From assembly GCA_043228905.1 (NCBI GenBank), contig JBHGNT010000004.1, forward strand, positions 12,028,001 through 12,092,000: a stretch of DNA of 64,000 nucleotides. The letters run 5' to 3'. Both the position numbers and the translations under genes were made by a program. Below, piece after piece: positions 22,601 to 34,279 of this stretch. The notes beneath the pieces are model-generated. The model was not told the DNA's origin. It searched no databases and saw nothing but the letters and a program-made list of their open reading frames with translations. This DNA comes from Azolla caroliniana. Taxonomy: Eukaryota; Plantae; Polypodiophyta. Positions within the stretch are counted from its first letter, which is position 1. Each line of letters opens with the position of its first letter.

Positions 22601-24954
22601 AGACGAAAATGATACCGGAACCGGCCCCGATCCCGAAATGGATTCGGATGAAGAAGAATCGGAAGAACCGGTTACCGAAGCTCCGGAACGGAGATATCCT
22701 CTAAGAGAGAGAAGGGCCCCCCGGAGATTTCCGGAACCAGAGCACGTGCTGCTAACCGACGAGGGGGAGCCGGAGAGCTTTGAAGAAGCAAAGCATGACA
22801 CCCAGAGCCGCAGGTGGTTGAGTGCCATGCAGGACGAGATGGATTCCCTGCATGAGAACCACACATATGAACTTGTGGAGTTGCCGAAAGGAAAGTGGGC
22901 ACTTCGAAACAAGTGGGTGTTCAAGCTGAAACCGGGAGATGCCGGAAACCCCCCGAGATACAAAGCCAGGATCGTGGTGAAGGGGTTTCAGCAGAAGAAG
23001 GGCGTCGACTTCGACGAGATATTTGCTCCGGTAGTGAAGATGACCTCCATCCGAACGGTGCTGAGCATAGCGGCAAGCATGGACCTCGAGGTAGAACAGA
23101 TGGACGTGAAGACGACATTCCTTCACGGTGACCTCGAAGAAGAGATCTACATGCAGCAACCGGAAGGATTCGAGAAGAAAGGGAAGGAGCACCTGGTATG
23201 CCGGTTGAAGAAGAGCCTTTACGGACTGAAGCAGGCTCCCCGGCAATGGTACCGGAAGTTCGACTCCTTCATGACCGACGAAGGGTACCTCAAAACGCAG
23301 TCCGACCACTGCGTGTTTGTGAAGAAGTTCGAAGAAGGAGACTCTCTAATACTCCTCCTGTACGTGGACGACATGTTGATCGTCGGACGGGATCAGGTCA
23401 AGATACGGATACTGAAGAAGGCTCTTCACCGAACCTTCTCAATGAAGGACCTGGGTCCGGCGAGGCAAATACTAGGGATGCACATCATCCGGGACCGGAA
23501 GAAGAAGCAGTTGTGGCTGTCACAGGAGAAGTACGTGACGAAGGTGCTTCACCGGTTCAACATGTCGGAAGCAAGACCGGTCGGATCGACCCTCCCGACA
23601 AACTGCAAGCTGTCCAGCAAGCAAAGTCCCAAGACAAAGGCTGAAAAGGAGGATATGATGAAAGTACCGTATGCCTCAGCTGTCGGGAGCTTGATGTACG
23701 CCATGGTGTGTACGAGACCGGACATCGGATATGCAGTCGGAGTGGTGAGCCGGTACATGAGCAATCCCGGCAAAGAGCATTGGAACGCGGCCAAGTGGAT
23801 ACTCCGATACCTGAAGGGCACGGCAAACGTGTGCCTCCGATTCGGCTCCGGAAAGCCCGAACTCGACGGCTTTACCGATTCGGATATGTCGGCTGATGCA
23901 GATACCAGCCGGTCCACATCAGGGTATGTGATGACGTATGCAGGGGGAGCTGTTTCCTGGCAGTCGAGGCTGCAGAAGACGGTTGCGTTGTCAACCACGG
24001 AGGCGGAGTACATGGCGGCTGTTGAAGCCGGCAAGGAAATAATATGGATGAAGGACTTCATTAGAGAGCTCGGTATCCAACAGGAGGAGTACCGACTCTA
24101 CTGCGACAGTCAGAGTGCAATCCACCTTGCGAAGAACGCGGCCTATCACTCCCGGACGAAGCACATCCAGCGAAGATATCACTGGATCCGGGAAAGGATA
24201 GAAGACAAGGAGTTCGTGCTGACAAAGATCCACACAGACGAGAACGGGTCGGATATGCTGACCAAGGTGCTCACACCCGACAAGCTGGAAGCATGCCGGA
24301 AGAGGATCGGATTGGAGAGACATCCCATGCCGAAGTGAAGGGGGAGTTTGTTGGGATTACGGTCCCTTCGGATGGGATGGTCGGATATCGGAGATGAATG
24401 CCGACAAGCCCGGTTTCGGTTTCGGATCCGGATGACGAAGACCCCGGTTTCGGTACCGGATGACGAATGTACCCGGAGAGCGATCCGGATGCAGGGACAT
24501 ATCCGTGAATATGTTCGCTATGGGCCCCTGAGGCTACAGTTGTAAATAGCCCAAAGTCATATAAGTATAAATATGACTTAGGGCAAACAGTTTTACAGTT
24601 GCTTCTCATTTTTTTCTGTTTTTCCACTTTAGAGGAGTGAAGAGAGAGCAGCCGTGAGAGAGATAGAGCGCGAGAGAGGAAGAGGTAGACGCCTCTGTGT
24701 ATTTCCGCCGCCTGTGGCGAGGACAGCGAGCTCAAGGTCGTCGCCTTGCAGCTCGCCATTGTATACTTCTCTGTATAGTGTTGGTTTGGAGTCTTGTACT
24801 CCCGTGGTTTTTCCCGTCTAGGGTTTTCCACGTTAATCCCTGTGTACTCGCGTTTTTTGTTTCTCCGTGTGGTTCCTATTTTCTGCTCCATCGATTCGCG
24901 CTTACTCGGTTGTGGCAGAGTGAAGAAGGTGAATAGAAGGGTCTATTCCTTGCA
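19629..24954 (+). mobile_element. Intact Ty1/copia element H (Tnt1/Tork-like)
   Basis: LTRs 19629-20234 and 24349-24954 (606 bp, about 5 differences), perfect TSD AAGGG, PBS TGGTATCAGAGC at 20238-20249, PPT GAAGGGGGAG at 24337-24346. Confidence 0.98.
20265..24338 (+). CDS. Copia Gag-Pol polyprotein, 1357 aa, intact
   Basis: CFHCGKPGHFRKNC knuckle, VDSGAS protease, HHCC plus TD/ADNGGEY/LAER integrase, YVDD RT, FTDSD/TEAEY/CDSQSA RNase H. Confidence 0.97.
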   Translation: MEGGGSGQPGMMVLNAQNYADWKIKMEDLLIVRDLYEPIDRSEIPKGVLESEWRLLNRKAVATIRQYVDVSVLQHVANDTNAYEMWRKLSGLYERKNALNRTSLMRKIVNLKYRDGESMVEHVSTFMGFVNQLAAIKFPLEDAMQAIILMCTLPESWENLVVTLSTSCAEDNLSLQTVKTSILNEEARRRDKEPASDPKMLFTESDRGRQWNRSPQRREKSGTRSQSRGRPTCFHCGKPGHFRKNCRHYRKDNGTDNTDSKKSPERNGAYRGATDRNGSDRRGQDRKGTTALAASEEEIMLITEEGELNIAGDETTWVVDSGASFHLTPERRYFSSYTAGEHGCVRMGNEGTCRIAGIGDVWLTTPTGCKMLLKNVRHVPEVRLNLISAGRLDDEGYTGSIRNGVMKFSKGSLIVARARKVNTLYLMNAWLCPEELNVAADTAGELWHKRLCHMSEKGMKRLAEDNLIPVKHVHLEKCTDCLAGKQNRASFHSRPPKRRSVPLELVHTDVCQVETKSHGGAQYFVTFIDDHSRKLWTAPMKTKDQVLCVFKELHARVERESGKKLKAIRADNGGEYRGQFQEYCRSKGIRLEFTVPKTPELNGLAERMNRTIMERVRSMLAQAELPKGFWAEAMSTATYVINRSPSVPLDGDTPQRVWTGREVSYRHLKVFGCLAYVHVAKDQRGKLDPKTRPCIFLGYGDDEFGYRVWDPVDKKIFRSRDIIFMEDKTLADWESEKKMKSSKSTGEDKLYEEQSRPARDQLALEDPAEDGEETEPAEEDENDTGTGPDPEMDSDEEESEEPVTEAPERRYPLRERRAPRRFPEPEHVLLTDEGEPESFEEAKHDTQSRRWLSAMQDEMDSLHENHTYELVELPKGKWALRNKWVFKLKPGDAGNPPRYKARIVVKGFQQKKGVDFDEIFAPVVKMTSIRTVLSIAASMDLEVEQMDVKTTFLHGDLEEEIYMQQPEGFEKKGKEHLVCRLKKSLYGLKQAPRQWYRKFDSFMTDEGYLKTQSDHCVFVKKFEEGDSLILLLYVDDMLIVGRDQVKIRILKKALHRTFSMKDLGPARQILGMHIIRDRKKKQLWLSQEKYVTKVLHRFNMSEARPVGSTLPTNCKLSSKQSPKTKAEKEDMMKVPYASAVGSLMYAMVCTRPDIGYAVGVVSRYMSNPGKEHWNAAKWILRYLKGTANVCLRFGSGKPELDGFTDSDMSADADTSRSTSGYVMTYAGGAVSWQSRLQKTVALSTTEAEYMAAVEAGKEIIWMKDFIRELGIQQEEYRLYCDSQSAIHLAKNAAYHSRTKHIQRRYHWIRERIEDKEFVLTKIHTDENGSDMLTKVLTPDKLEACRKRIGLERHPMPK

Positions 24955-26618
24955 AAGGGCGCGGACGGCATATGGAGACGGGCTGTGCGCAGCGATGAAA
25001 AGGACCTCATATTGAGGGAAGCCCATTGCGGAGTTGCCGGAGGTCACTATGCCGGAGATGCGATGGCCAGGAAAATATGGCAAAGTGGCCTATGGTGGCC
25101 AACTACATTAAGAGATGCTGTACGGTACGCAAAAGAATGTGACCTATGCCAGCGAATGGGCCAGCCAACGGAGCAGGCTCGGATGCCACACCAGCCTGTA
25201 CTACCACTCGAACCATTCTAGAAGTGGGGGCTGGACTTTGTTGGACCGTTCAAACCACCGGCAATGAGAACAGGTAATCGGTACGTCATCGTCGCGACGG
25301 ATTACTGCACGAAATGGGTGGAGGCCAAAGCCTTAAGAGACAACACCGTTGCGTCAATGGCAAAATTTCTATACGAATACATCTGGTGCCGTTACGGATG
25401 CCCAATCGAATTAATAAGCGACCAAGGGGGGCAGTTTCTCGACCAAGTAGTTGAAAGCCTGACGACATTCTATGCCGTTGTCCATAAACGGAGCACACCA
25501 TACTATCCGCAAGCAAACAGGTTAGCTGAATCGACGAACAAAACACTCCAGAATATCCTTCGGAAGATTGTCAACGAAAACCGAACGGATTGGGATACCA
25601 AGTTACATAGCGCGCTTTGGGCATACCGGACAACATATAAAAGGAGCATCCGAACAACACCGTTCCGGTTAGCGTTCGGACTAGAGGTGGTAATCCCGGT
25701 GGAATTCCAAGTACCCAGCTTACGGATCCAGCTACGGGAACGGCTGAACGTGAAGGAGTCGGAGGCAATACGGTTAACAACGCTGTGTGAACTCGAGGAA
25801 CAACGACTGGCAAGCATCCTGCACTTAGAATTGGAACAACAGCGACGGAAAGCATTTGTCGACCGACACAGGAAAGGAAATGAAAAAATGTTCGCAATCG
25901 GCAAGACGGTGTTAATATTTCAGACCTGGATGGGCAAAATGCCGGGTAAACTACGGTTTAGATGGACCGGCCCGTATTGGCTGACACGTGAGTATAATGG
26001 GTCCTACCAGTTAGGGATACTTGCCGGCGAAGTGCTAGGCAAATGGGTCAACGGATTCCAATTGAAGCCATATAGAGGACGGATGCCCAAGAACCCATTT
26101 GAGCAAAGGACCGACACCGGTGAGGAAACGACAACTTGTGAGGGGAACGACAACCACCAAGACGGAGGAGACAGCAAGCTGGTAACAGGGGAGAATAAGG
26201 TGACGACAAACCGTAATGAGGCTGGTAAGGGTCCGATAGGACCAACGGACAACTAACCTCACACCACATTAAAATTTATCAAAAAAAAAAAGAAAAAAAA
26301 AGCGAGGTATGAATGGACGAAAGAGTGAGGAGCGAAAAGGTACGTAGTGGGCATTTAAGCGCCACCACAGGACATAATGCTATTTTAGTACACAACGTGC
26401 ACACACTCGAAAAAGGCGCCAGAATGCACAGAGAAAAACCACTGCGCGTGGAGACCCTCTACTTTCGCGAACCCAGGAGCATAGAAGCACCAAGGCGCTG
26501 GAAGATCATCAGACGAGAACCTACGCACAGAGAACCCCCGCTTTCTGAACTCTCTCTCTCTCAATCTCACTCTCATCACCAGCCAACCTCGCCACCATAA
26601 TCCGACCTCGACACAGAC

Positions 26619-29419
26619 ATGGACCCGCAAACACTGTCGGAAGCCGCCAAGAAATGGCTAAAGAAACACGGGCTCGAGGGCTTCTTGACGATTATGGAGG
26701 TACCGCCACACAAAGAAGCCGACAAGGTGATCAAAGAAATCGACACAGAGGTCATAACGGCGGAGGCGATCCGTGCGTTAACAGGCCTTTTGGAGGGAGG
26801 CATATTCACGATCGACAATCCGACATCGAAGCAACTCATCAAGTATTTTGGTGAGTACTCCCTAGCCAGCAAGGGCTACCGGACACAGGGCGGCGGAGAT
26901 ATGCTATTCCGCGAGATTGCCCGTGTGCTCCACGAATACGGCCATGTGTACCCTAGACCCCCTGTCATGCCGCAGAATCGGGCAAGGATGATCATCGCCA
27001 CCTATGAAGGGATCAAGGTGGATTGGCCGGTATTGATCGCAGACGGTTTGTGTGCGGCAATCGAGATCGTCAGAGGAAAAGACGACAAAGAAGGCCGAGA
27101 AGGACGGAGGATATGGCACGCAGTAACGCAGTGGCTCACCTTGCTTGTGCCACCCGTCGAGCCCAAGAAGCGGGGAAGAGTGGCGGACGGCACCCCAAAG
27201 ACTGCTTCCAAAAGACAACAGCTGTTGGCCTCTAAGGCCACTAAGGGGAAGGCGGCGGACGCAGAACAGGCGGGAAAGGAGAGCGCCACCAGCTGGAAGC
27301 GGCCAACGGATGCGCAGGAGGAACCACCGGTACGGCCCGTAAAGGTTACACTCCGCCGACCGGTGAATAGAGAAGCGGACCCCTTGGCGGCAAAACTCAA
27401 TGCCGGGAATCAGGAAGAGGAAATAAAGGAGGAGCCTACGGAGCACCTCCAGTGAAGGTCATCGGCAAGGACCGTTGAGGCAGCCGGGAAACGTTCGGAC
27501 CCTTAGACGGAGGGAACACCGGCTCCCCATACTGAGACTCCCATGCCAAGGGAGGAACCGGAACCGGTGCACATGGCACCGGAATCAGAAGCCCCTGCAC
27601 CACCGGCAGCACCGGCAAGTCCCATTCCGCCAGAGCCGGAAAGGTCAATACAGCCTCCCTCGGCCAACCAAGAAGAAGCGCAAGGGGAACTAGGACAGCA
27701 GGGTGGTCCACGGGCAGAAACGGAATTGCAACTCGGCGCAATTAGGCGAGACCACCCATCTACAAGCGAGCCCATCCGTCAAACCTCCATGCAAGCGCAA
27801 CAACAATGCACCGGTAGCCTGTGGCTCCGGTGGATAGGCGAACAGATTGCCGGAGCAGTGGGGTATATTGAGGCGGAAGAAAGAGCGCACAGCGAACGGT
27901 TGCTCGTCACAACCGAACAAGTAGAGACGGCTCGGTCCAGAATTCGGTGCCTTGAAAAAGACTTGGATCAGGTCACGACAGAAATGGCCAAAATGGCCTT
28001 AACGGCAACACAGATCCAATCACCGGTGACTTCGGTAAGTGTACAGAATAAAGAACCCGACCAACCTGTACATACTAATAAGACCCCGGCAACGGAAACC
28101 GTTCCAGAGAGAGATGCGGCGCAAGCCCAGGAGCTTGCGGAATTGAGAGATGAACTTGCCGCAGAAGAAGCGCTAAGGAGCTGGGAACGAGAATTGAAGA
28201 CAGCGGCCGAAGCAGAATTAAAGGAGACTGCTGAGAACCTCCGCCGGGCAGAGGAGATCCTCCGGAAAGGCCATCAAGCGTACGACCGACTAAGGGAGGA
28301 AAAAGACAAAGTGCTACAGGAAAAGGACAAGTTGCGGAAGACGGCGGAAACAGAAATTGAACGGCTAAAGGAAGAGCTCCGCCAACAGAAGGACCGCGAG
28401 GACCGGGCCCGTCGACAGATCAACGCACGGCTCAAGCAAAAGACAAATGATTTTGAGCACCTGCACCGGGACTACAAACGGCTGGAAACGGAGCATAAGG
28501 AATGGGTGGTCGAGCTCCAGTAGGAAGTTGATCAGGCTGCGACGGCGCTCGCCGACGAACGAGCGGAAAATACAAGACGGTTGGACGAGGCGGAGAAGGT
28601 CCGGATGGAGCTCAAGAGGCAGCAACAGGAAGAAAAGGAGAGAGCGTCAACGGTATTGCAAAAATTAAAAAGCACATATCAAAGGCAATTGAAGCATTAC
28701 AAGGAGCAGGCGGAAGACAACGTCAAAATCATCAAGCAATTGAAGGAGGAACGACAAGCGGCGGAGATCAAATCGCAGATGGGAACGGGCCGGATTCAGT
28801 GCATCCTCCGGGCATGGCTGAATCAGACAAAACGCTTGATTGACGAAAGCTCCGTAAGATGGTGGACAAAGTGGGCACAAAATGCGGCGGAACTCCAATT
28901 GCTACGGGCAGACGTGGCAAACTAGCGGAAGGAAGGAGATGATTGTTACACGTTGACTTCCGAGGACTTCACCGCCATACGGGACGAGCTGGCCGAAGAC
29001 TTCCAAGTCTTGGCGGATGAACAGCAGGCGTAGGTCCGGCAACTCGTAGCTCAGCTAGACGATGATAGGCTGGACACTCAAATCCAGTTTGAAAGCTACG
29101 AGCGGTCCCGGGTTCGGGAAGAAAAAGCACGGGAAGCGGCAACGGTTAACCTTAGTGATGAGGAACCGTCGCCGGCCGAGGGCCAGGCCGAACCAGTCAA
29201 CCGGAGACCACTACGATGGAGGGAGCAACGACGGAAACGCCGATGTCAGAGCAACAAACGGAGGAGCAGCCGCAGCAACCATCAAAGGACCAGTCGCAGC
29301 AGCCATCAACGGAGCAGCAATAGCTGCAGCAGCAACCACAACAACAACATCAACCAATTCCAGATGAACCATTGGAGACTCTCGAACAAAGCATTCTGGA
29401 TATTTTGGACGAAGAATAG
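26619..29419 (+). pseudogene. Extra ORF of gypsy E (globular N-terminus, Pro/Glu linker, long coiled coil, Gln-rich tail)
   Basis: ORFs 26619-27455, 27543-28523 and 28581-28925 share one frame, broken by CGA/CAG-type stops; continues with one apparent frameshift to ILDEE-stop near 29419. Confidence 0.75.
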
Positions 29420-29474
29420 CAAGGGTCGGATGGTGGATTCGACGTACAAGGTACTGTCCCACGGGCGTGCCATG

Positions 29475-29908
29475 TGTTACCGGCCTGCAAAGGAGTCCAG
29501 AGTGTGAAACGGAGGAGTTAATTAATTATTAGGAATGGTTGTAAGTAAGCTATTAGTGTGGATGGACGAACCAGAATCGGTATGCCATTCCGGATCCGGA
29601 CTGATCCCGAACAGGTGCGGATGGCACCGTTTTGTACTACAGAACGGAAACCTATTTAAAGGCCCGGATACAATGTAATGAGGAGCGGTTAATTAATAAA
29701 GCTTAGTGTTTTTATCTCTTTGTGTTAATTGCCGTTCTGCATTCATTGTTATATCTTACGCGTGTGATTATTAAGGACGATCTTGCTAAGTAGCCTAATT
29801 AAGTCAGATTAATCGTTGAGTCTAATCCTATTGCCGTAACACCCCTTTGGTGAAGTGTCTTCCGTAGACACCCTTTGTTAGGCCATTGTCCGGCCCTAAG
29901 AGTTAACA
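29475..29908 (+). repeat. 3' LTR of gypsy E
   Basis: TGTTA..TAACA ends, CTATTTAAA near 29652, AATAAA near 29695; partner LTR absent. Confidence 0.7.
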
Positions 29909-32900
29909 CTGCCCAGTGTTCTCTTCTTGGATTACTCATTTATCGGCTTACTGCTCCCACAACAAATGCTATGTTTGGTCTTGTACAGACCATAGCATAC
30001 ATTTGACTCCCCACAGCCGAGGCATATGGTACTTTCCTAATCTTGGCCTTCTCCTTCTCCCCTTTTGGGCACTGCTTCGCATTCAACTTGCAACCTGTCG
30101 GGAACACCGAACCGACTGGCTTTGCATCCAACATGTTGAACCTCTCTAGGACCTTCGTCACATACTTTTGTTGTGACAACCATAGCACCTTTTGAGTTCT
30201 ATCTCGAACTATGTGTTTTCCTAAGATCTGTTTAGCCAATCCGAGGTCTTTCATGGCAAACGACCTGCTTAGAGCTTTCTTCAAGCTTCCAATCTTCTTT
30301 GTGTCTTGACCAACTATCAACATGTCATCAACATATAACAAGAGAATCAAGAACTCTCCTGCTTCATACCTTTTGACGAACACACAGTGATCGGCCCGTG
30401 TTTTCTTGAACCTATGTTCCATCATGAAGGACTCGAACTTCTTGTTCCATTGGCGTGGCGCTTGTTTCAGAATGTACAAGCTTTTCTTCAGTCAACACAC
30501 CAGGTTCTCTTTCCCTTTCTCCTCAAAACCTTCGGGTTGCTGCATGTAGATTTCTTCTTCTAGCTCCCCGTGTAAGAATGCGGTTTTGACATCGAACTAT
30601 TCGATCTCCAGTTCCATACTGGCCGCTATACTCAGAACAGTTTGAATGGATGTCATCTTCACGACGGGTGCGAATATTTCGTCGAAGTCGACGCCCTTTT
30701 TCTATTGAAAACCCTTCACCACTATGCGGGGTTGTCGGTGCTTTCCTTTCTCTGAGTGGGTATCTCCTTCCACTCGTTGTTGGCTCTCTTTCAGATGTCT
30801 CTGCCAACTCTTCTCTTCGCTCGGGTTCTTGCACGTCAATCGACATCTCTAGGTTGGACGACTCCAACTCATACTATTCAATTGACCTTAGCAGCTTTGC
30901 TGACTCTAACTCATAGTCGGTCAGTCTCTCCGAGTCGAACGACTCGGATTCGGTTGTGCCGACTAGCCGTCTCCGAACAGCCGATGTTGTCAGTTCTCCT
31001 GACCTTGGATTGACGATAGTCGGGGTTGATAGGGGAGTCGTATACAACTTCTGTTGCTTCCAGTCTTCGATCGTCTTATCTTCAAGAAAGACTACGTCCC
31101 GACTTCTCACTACCTTCTTGCCGACTAGGTCCCATAGCCTATAGCGGAACTCATCTTCTGAGTATCCCATGAATATGCATGCTTTCGACTTACTGTCAAG
31201 CTTTGACCTCTGATCCTTCGGTACATGCATATACCCCAAACATCCAAACACCCTCAGGTGCTGGTAGGAGACATCCTTCCCTGTCCACACTCTCTATGGG
31301 ACATCACCCTTTAATGGTACTGAGGGAGACCTATTTATTAGACAAATAACTGTGTACATCGCCTCAGCCTAATAGGATTTCGGCAGTTTCGCATAAGAGA
31401 GTATGCTCCTTACCCTCTCCATGATTGTTCGATTCATCCTCTCTGCAAGCTCGTTCAAGTCTGGGGTCTTTGGCATTGTGTATGCGATCTGAATACCTTG
31501 GCACTTGCAGTATTTCTCAAATTGCCCTCTATACTCGCCACCGTTATCGGTTCGAACAACCTTCAACTTCCGACCCAACTCTCGTTCAGCTCTAGCCTGA
31601 AACTCCTTGAAAACCGACAATATTTGATCCTTCGACATCAGTACGAAGACCCATGTCTTCCGACTATAGTCGTCGATGAACGTCACAAAGTACTATCCAC
31701 CTCGATGCGATGGAGCATCTACATAACACATATCCGTGTGTACCAGTTCTAGTGCAACCTCTCTTCTTCTTGGTGGTCTTGTGTGGAATACTAATCTGTT
31801 CTACTTTCCGACCAAGCAGTCGACGCAGTTCTCCATGTGCATTCCCTTGACTTCTAGTAGAAGCTTTTGGTTGGCTAGCAGGTGCATTCCCTTCTCACTC
31901 ATGTGTCCCAGCCTCTTATGCCATCTCAATCTTGCTGAGTCGGCTGCCACATTTACATCCGATTTGCACAGTCGGGCATGCATCATATATAATGTGCCTT
32001 CTTTCTGTGTTTGGGCTACTATAAGATTTCCTTGGTAGAACTTCCACTTTCCATTCTGAAAACTACCACTATAGCCTTGGTCATCTAACCTTCCAAAAGA
32101 TATCAGATTCAATCTGATACCGGGGACGTGTTGAACATCCTTCAGAGTTAGTCGACACCCTGTCAACGTCGTCAGGCAGACACTTCCGACTCCTGCTATC
32201 TTGCACTCTCCATTATCACCCATTTTCACATAACCGTGATCTCTGGCTATGTAAGTCGAGAAATACTTTCGCGACGGAGTTATGTGGAATGATCACCCAT
32301 GTGCATTCTTCACTTGCAAGATTTGAACTTGTCTGTTCATAGATGAACAATAGTTCTTCATTGCTCGTAGCAATGGCATAAGTGTTCTTCTCATCAGGAA
32401 TCTTCCTGGGTTCGACATTGTTTTCGACACCCTTATCTTTTCTCATGTGTCGGCAGTCCTTCTGGAAGTGTTCAGGTTTACCACAGTAAAAGCACACTAG
32501 GTTACCTCTGGACTTCGATTTGGCTTGGGACTTTTCTCTCCTTGGTGGACTTCTTTGCCAGTTCCTTCCTTTGTCCAAATGTTGTGTTACATTCGACTCC
32601 GACTGGGACAAGACTCCCTTGTCCTTCCTCCTTGCCTCCTCATTTAGGATGCTTGTCTTTACGGTTTGTAAAGACAAGTTCTCTTCTTGACAGGAGGCGC
32701 TGAGAGTGACCACCAGGTTCTCCCAGCTATCCGGCAGTGTGCACATCAGCAGGATGGCCTGCATCGCATCATCAAGGGGAAACTTGGTTGCAACAAGTTG
32801 ATTCACATACCCCATGAATGTGCTGATGTGTTCGACGATGCTCTCACCGTCCCTGTATTTCAGCTATATGATATTTTTCATCAGTCAACTTCAATTGAGC

Positions 32901-33600
32901 GCGTTCTTCCTCTCATATAGACTCGATAGCTTCTACCACATCTCGTGTGAATTTGTGTCGTTCGCTACATGTTGCAAGACACTTACGTTGAAGCATTGTC
33001 GGATGGTGGCCACCGCCTTTCTGTTAAGAAGTTTCCAATCGGACTCCAATACCCCCCTGGGTATATCTGCTCTGTCGACTGGCTTGTACAGGTCTTTGAC
33101 TATGAGAAGGTCCTCCAGCTTTATCTTCAAGTCTGCATAGTTCTGTGAGTTTAGAACTATCATGCCTGGGAAGCCGCTCACACCTCCTTCCATGCTTGCA
33201 GCTCAAGCTCTGATACTAGTTTGTTGAGAATCGATTCATAAAACCACAAGATCAAACGATTCTGAAAATATACAACACAGGCACATAGCGATGCAGTACA
33301 TAGATATTTACGTGGAAACCCTAAAACAGGAGAAAACCACGGGAGAGGAAAAACTTCACTATAGAGTGGATGTCAAGGACAGATATTACAACACTCTGAT
33401 TATGAGTGTATGAACCACATAGGGTTCTTAGCGTCTGCTGTTATGGACACAGCTATGGCACCGCTCTCTCTCTCTCTCTCTCTCCCTCTCTGTCGCACAC
33501 ATCGCACTTTCGTTTGTTTTGCCCTAGATGTATATCAACTAATACATCATATATATTATTTACAATTGTAGCCACTACTACATATCATTGATTATTATGA
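29909..33600 (-). mobile_element. Copia G (Tork-like), decayed, cut within RT by E
   Basis: 5' LTR from 33222 rightward (outer end unclear), PBS TAGTATCAGAGC at 33207-33218, gag from 33193, integrase 30874-31750, RT 29940-30725 (YVDD); RT N-terminus deleted near 30728. Confidence 0.88.
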
Positions 33601-33604
33601 TTAC

Positions 33605-33605
<1 letters not shown>

Positions 33606-33676
<71 letters not shown>
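33606..33676. repeat. (TAA)n microsatellite
   Basis: About 23 perfect TAA units. Confidence 0.97.
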
Positions 33677-34279
33677 TTGTTCAAACAATCGACTCTTCGA
33701 CTGTCGACTATCAGTTTTCGGCTACTTCTGAACAGTCGGTTCCTCCCATTGGAGGGACATATTCCCAACAAGAAAGACCACAATAAACCTAAGTTCGCCA
33801 AAACTGTGATTGTCAAGTTCATTGGGAAACGTAAGCAATCTAGTGACACTCTTGACCGCAACTCCAAGAAACCAAACCTCTTCTGTGCATATTGCAAGAA
33901 TTTGGGCCACACAAAGGATACTTTTTGTGGTCTTGAGAGGAAGTCAATGAACACCCCTCCTCAAGACAAATCTATGAGTCACACAGGTGAGTCTTTTGAT
34001 GTTGTTGAAGTTCATACAAACCACTTAAGTTCATGTGAATGCACTTTTCCTTCACATTTATTTGGACCTAATGATTTACTCCGAGCAATCGAGTATATCA
34101 ATGGAACACAAGCACATTTCTTGTTTGATTCCGGTAGTTCTCACAATTTTCTTAATGATCACTTTGTGCAGCAAATGGAACTCCACATAAACGCAGGTGA
34201 TCATATCTATCAAGTTCACATGGCAAATGAAAGCGTTCAATACATCAATGGCATTGTTTATCAACTGCCAATTCAAATA
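33677..34279 (+). pseudogene. Gypsy gag zinc knuckle plus aspartic protease fragment
   Basis: CAYCKNLGH..C and FLFDSGSSHNFL; cut by the LTR of K at 34280. Confidence 0.75.

Larger units (their letters stand above)
18463..26256 (+). pseudogene. pol: E pol (RT-RH-INT), split by copia H
   Basis: MMFGLKTAP, FLDD, FVDA, YASRKL, NYSTTERE, ADYLSR; after H: EAHC..GGH..CDLCQ, GLDF, SDQG, LAES, WTGPY. Confidence 0.9.
18463..29908 (+). mobile_element. Ty3/gypsy non-chromovirus element E (Athila-like), 5'-truncated, with a large 3' extra ORF; hosts H
   Basis: RT from KTTFVTEWG/FLDD, RNase H, integrase, extra ORF from 26619; 3' LTR 29475-29908 ends TTAACA exactly where the RT of copia G is cut. Confidence 0.85.

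Noticed and set aside
29831-29851. Alternative LTR end at GTAACA (29841) with a PPT or PBS beside it
   Set aside because: Non-copia sequence continues to TTAACA at 29908, exactly where G coding resumes, so 29908 is the better boundary.
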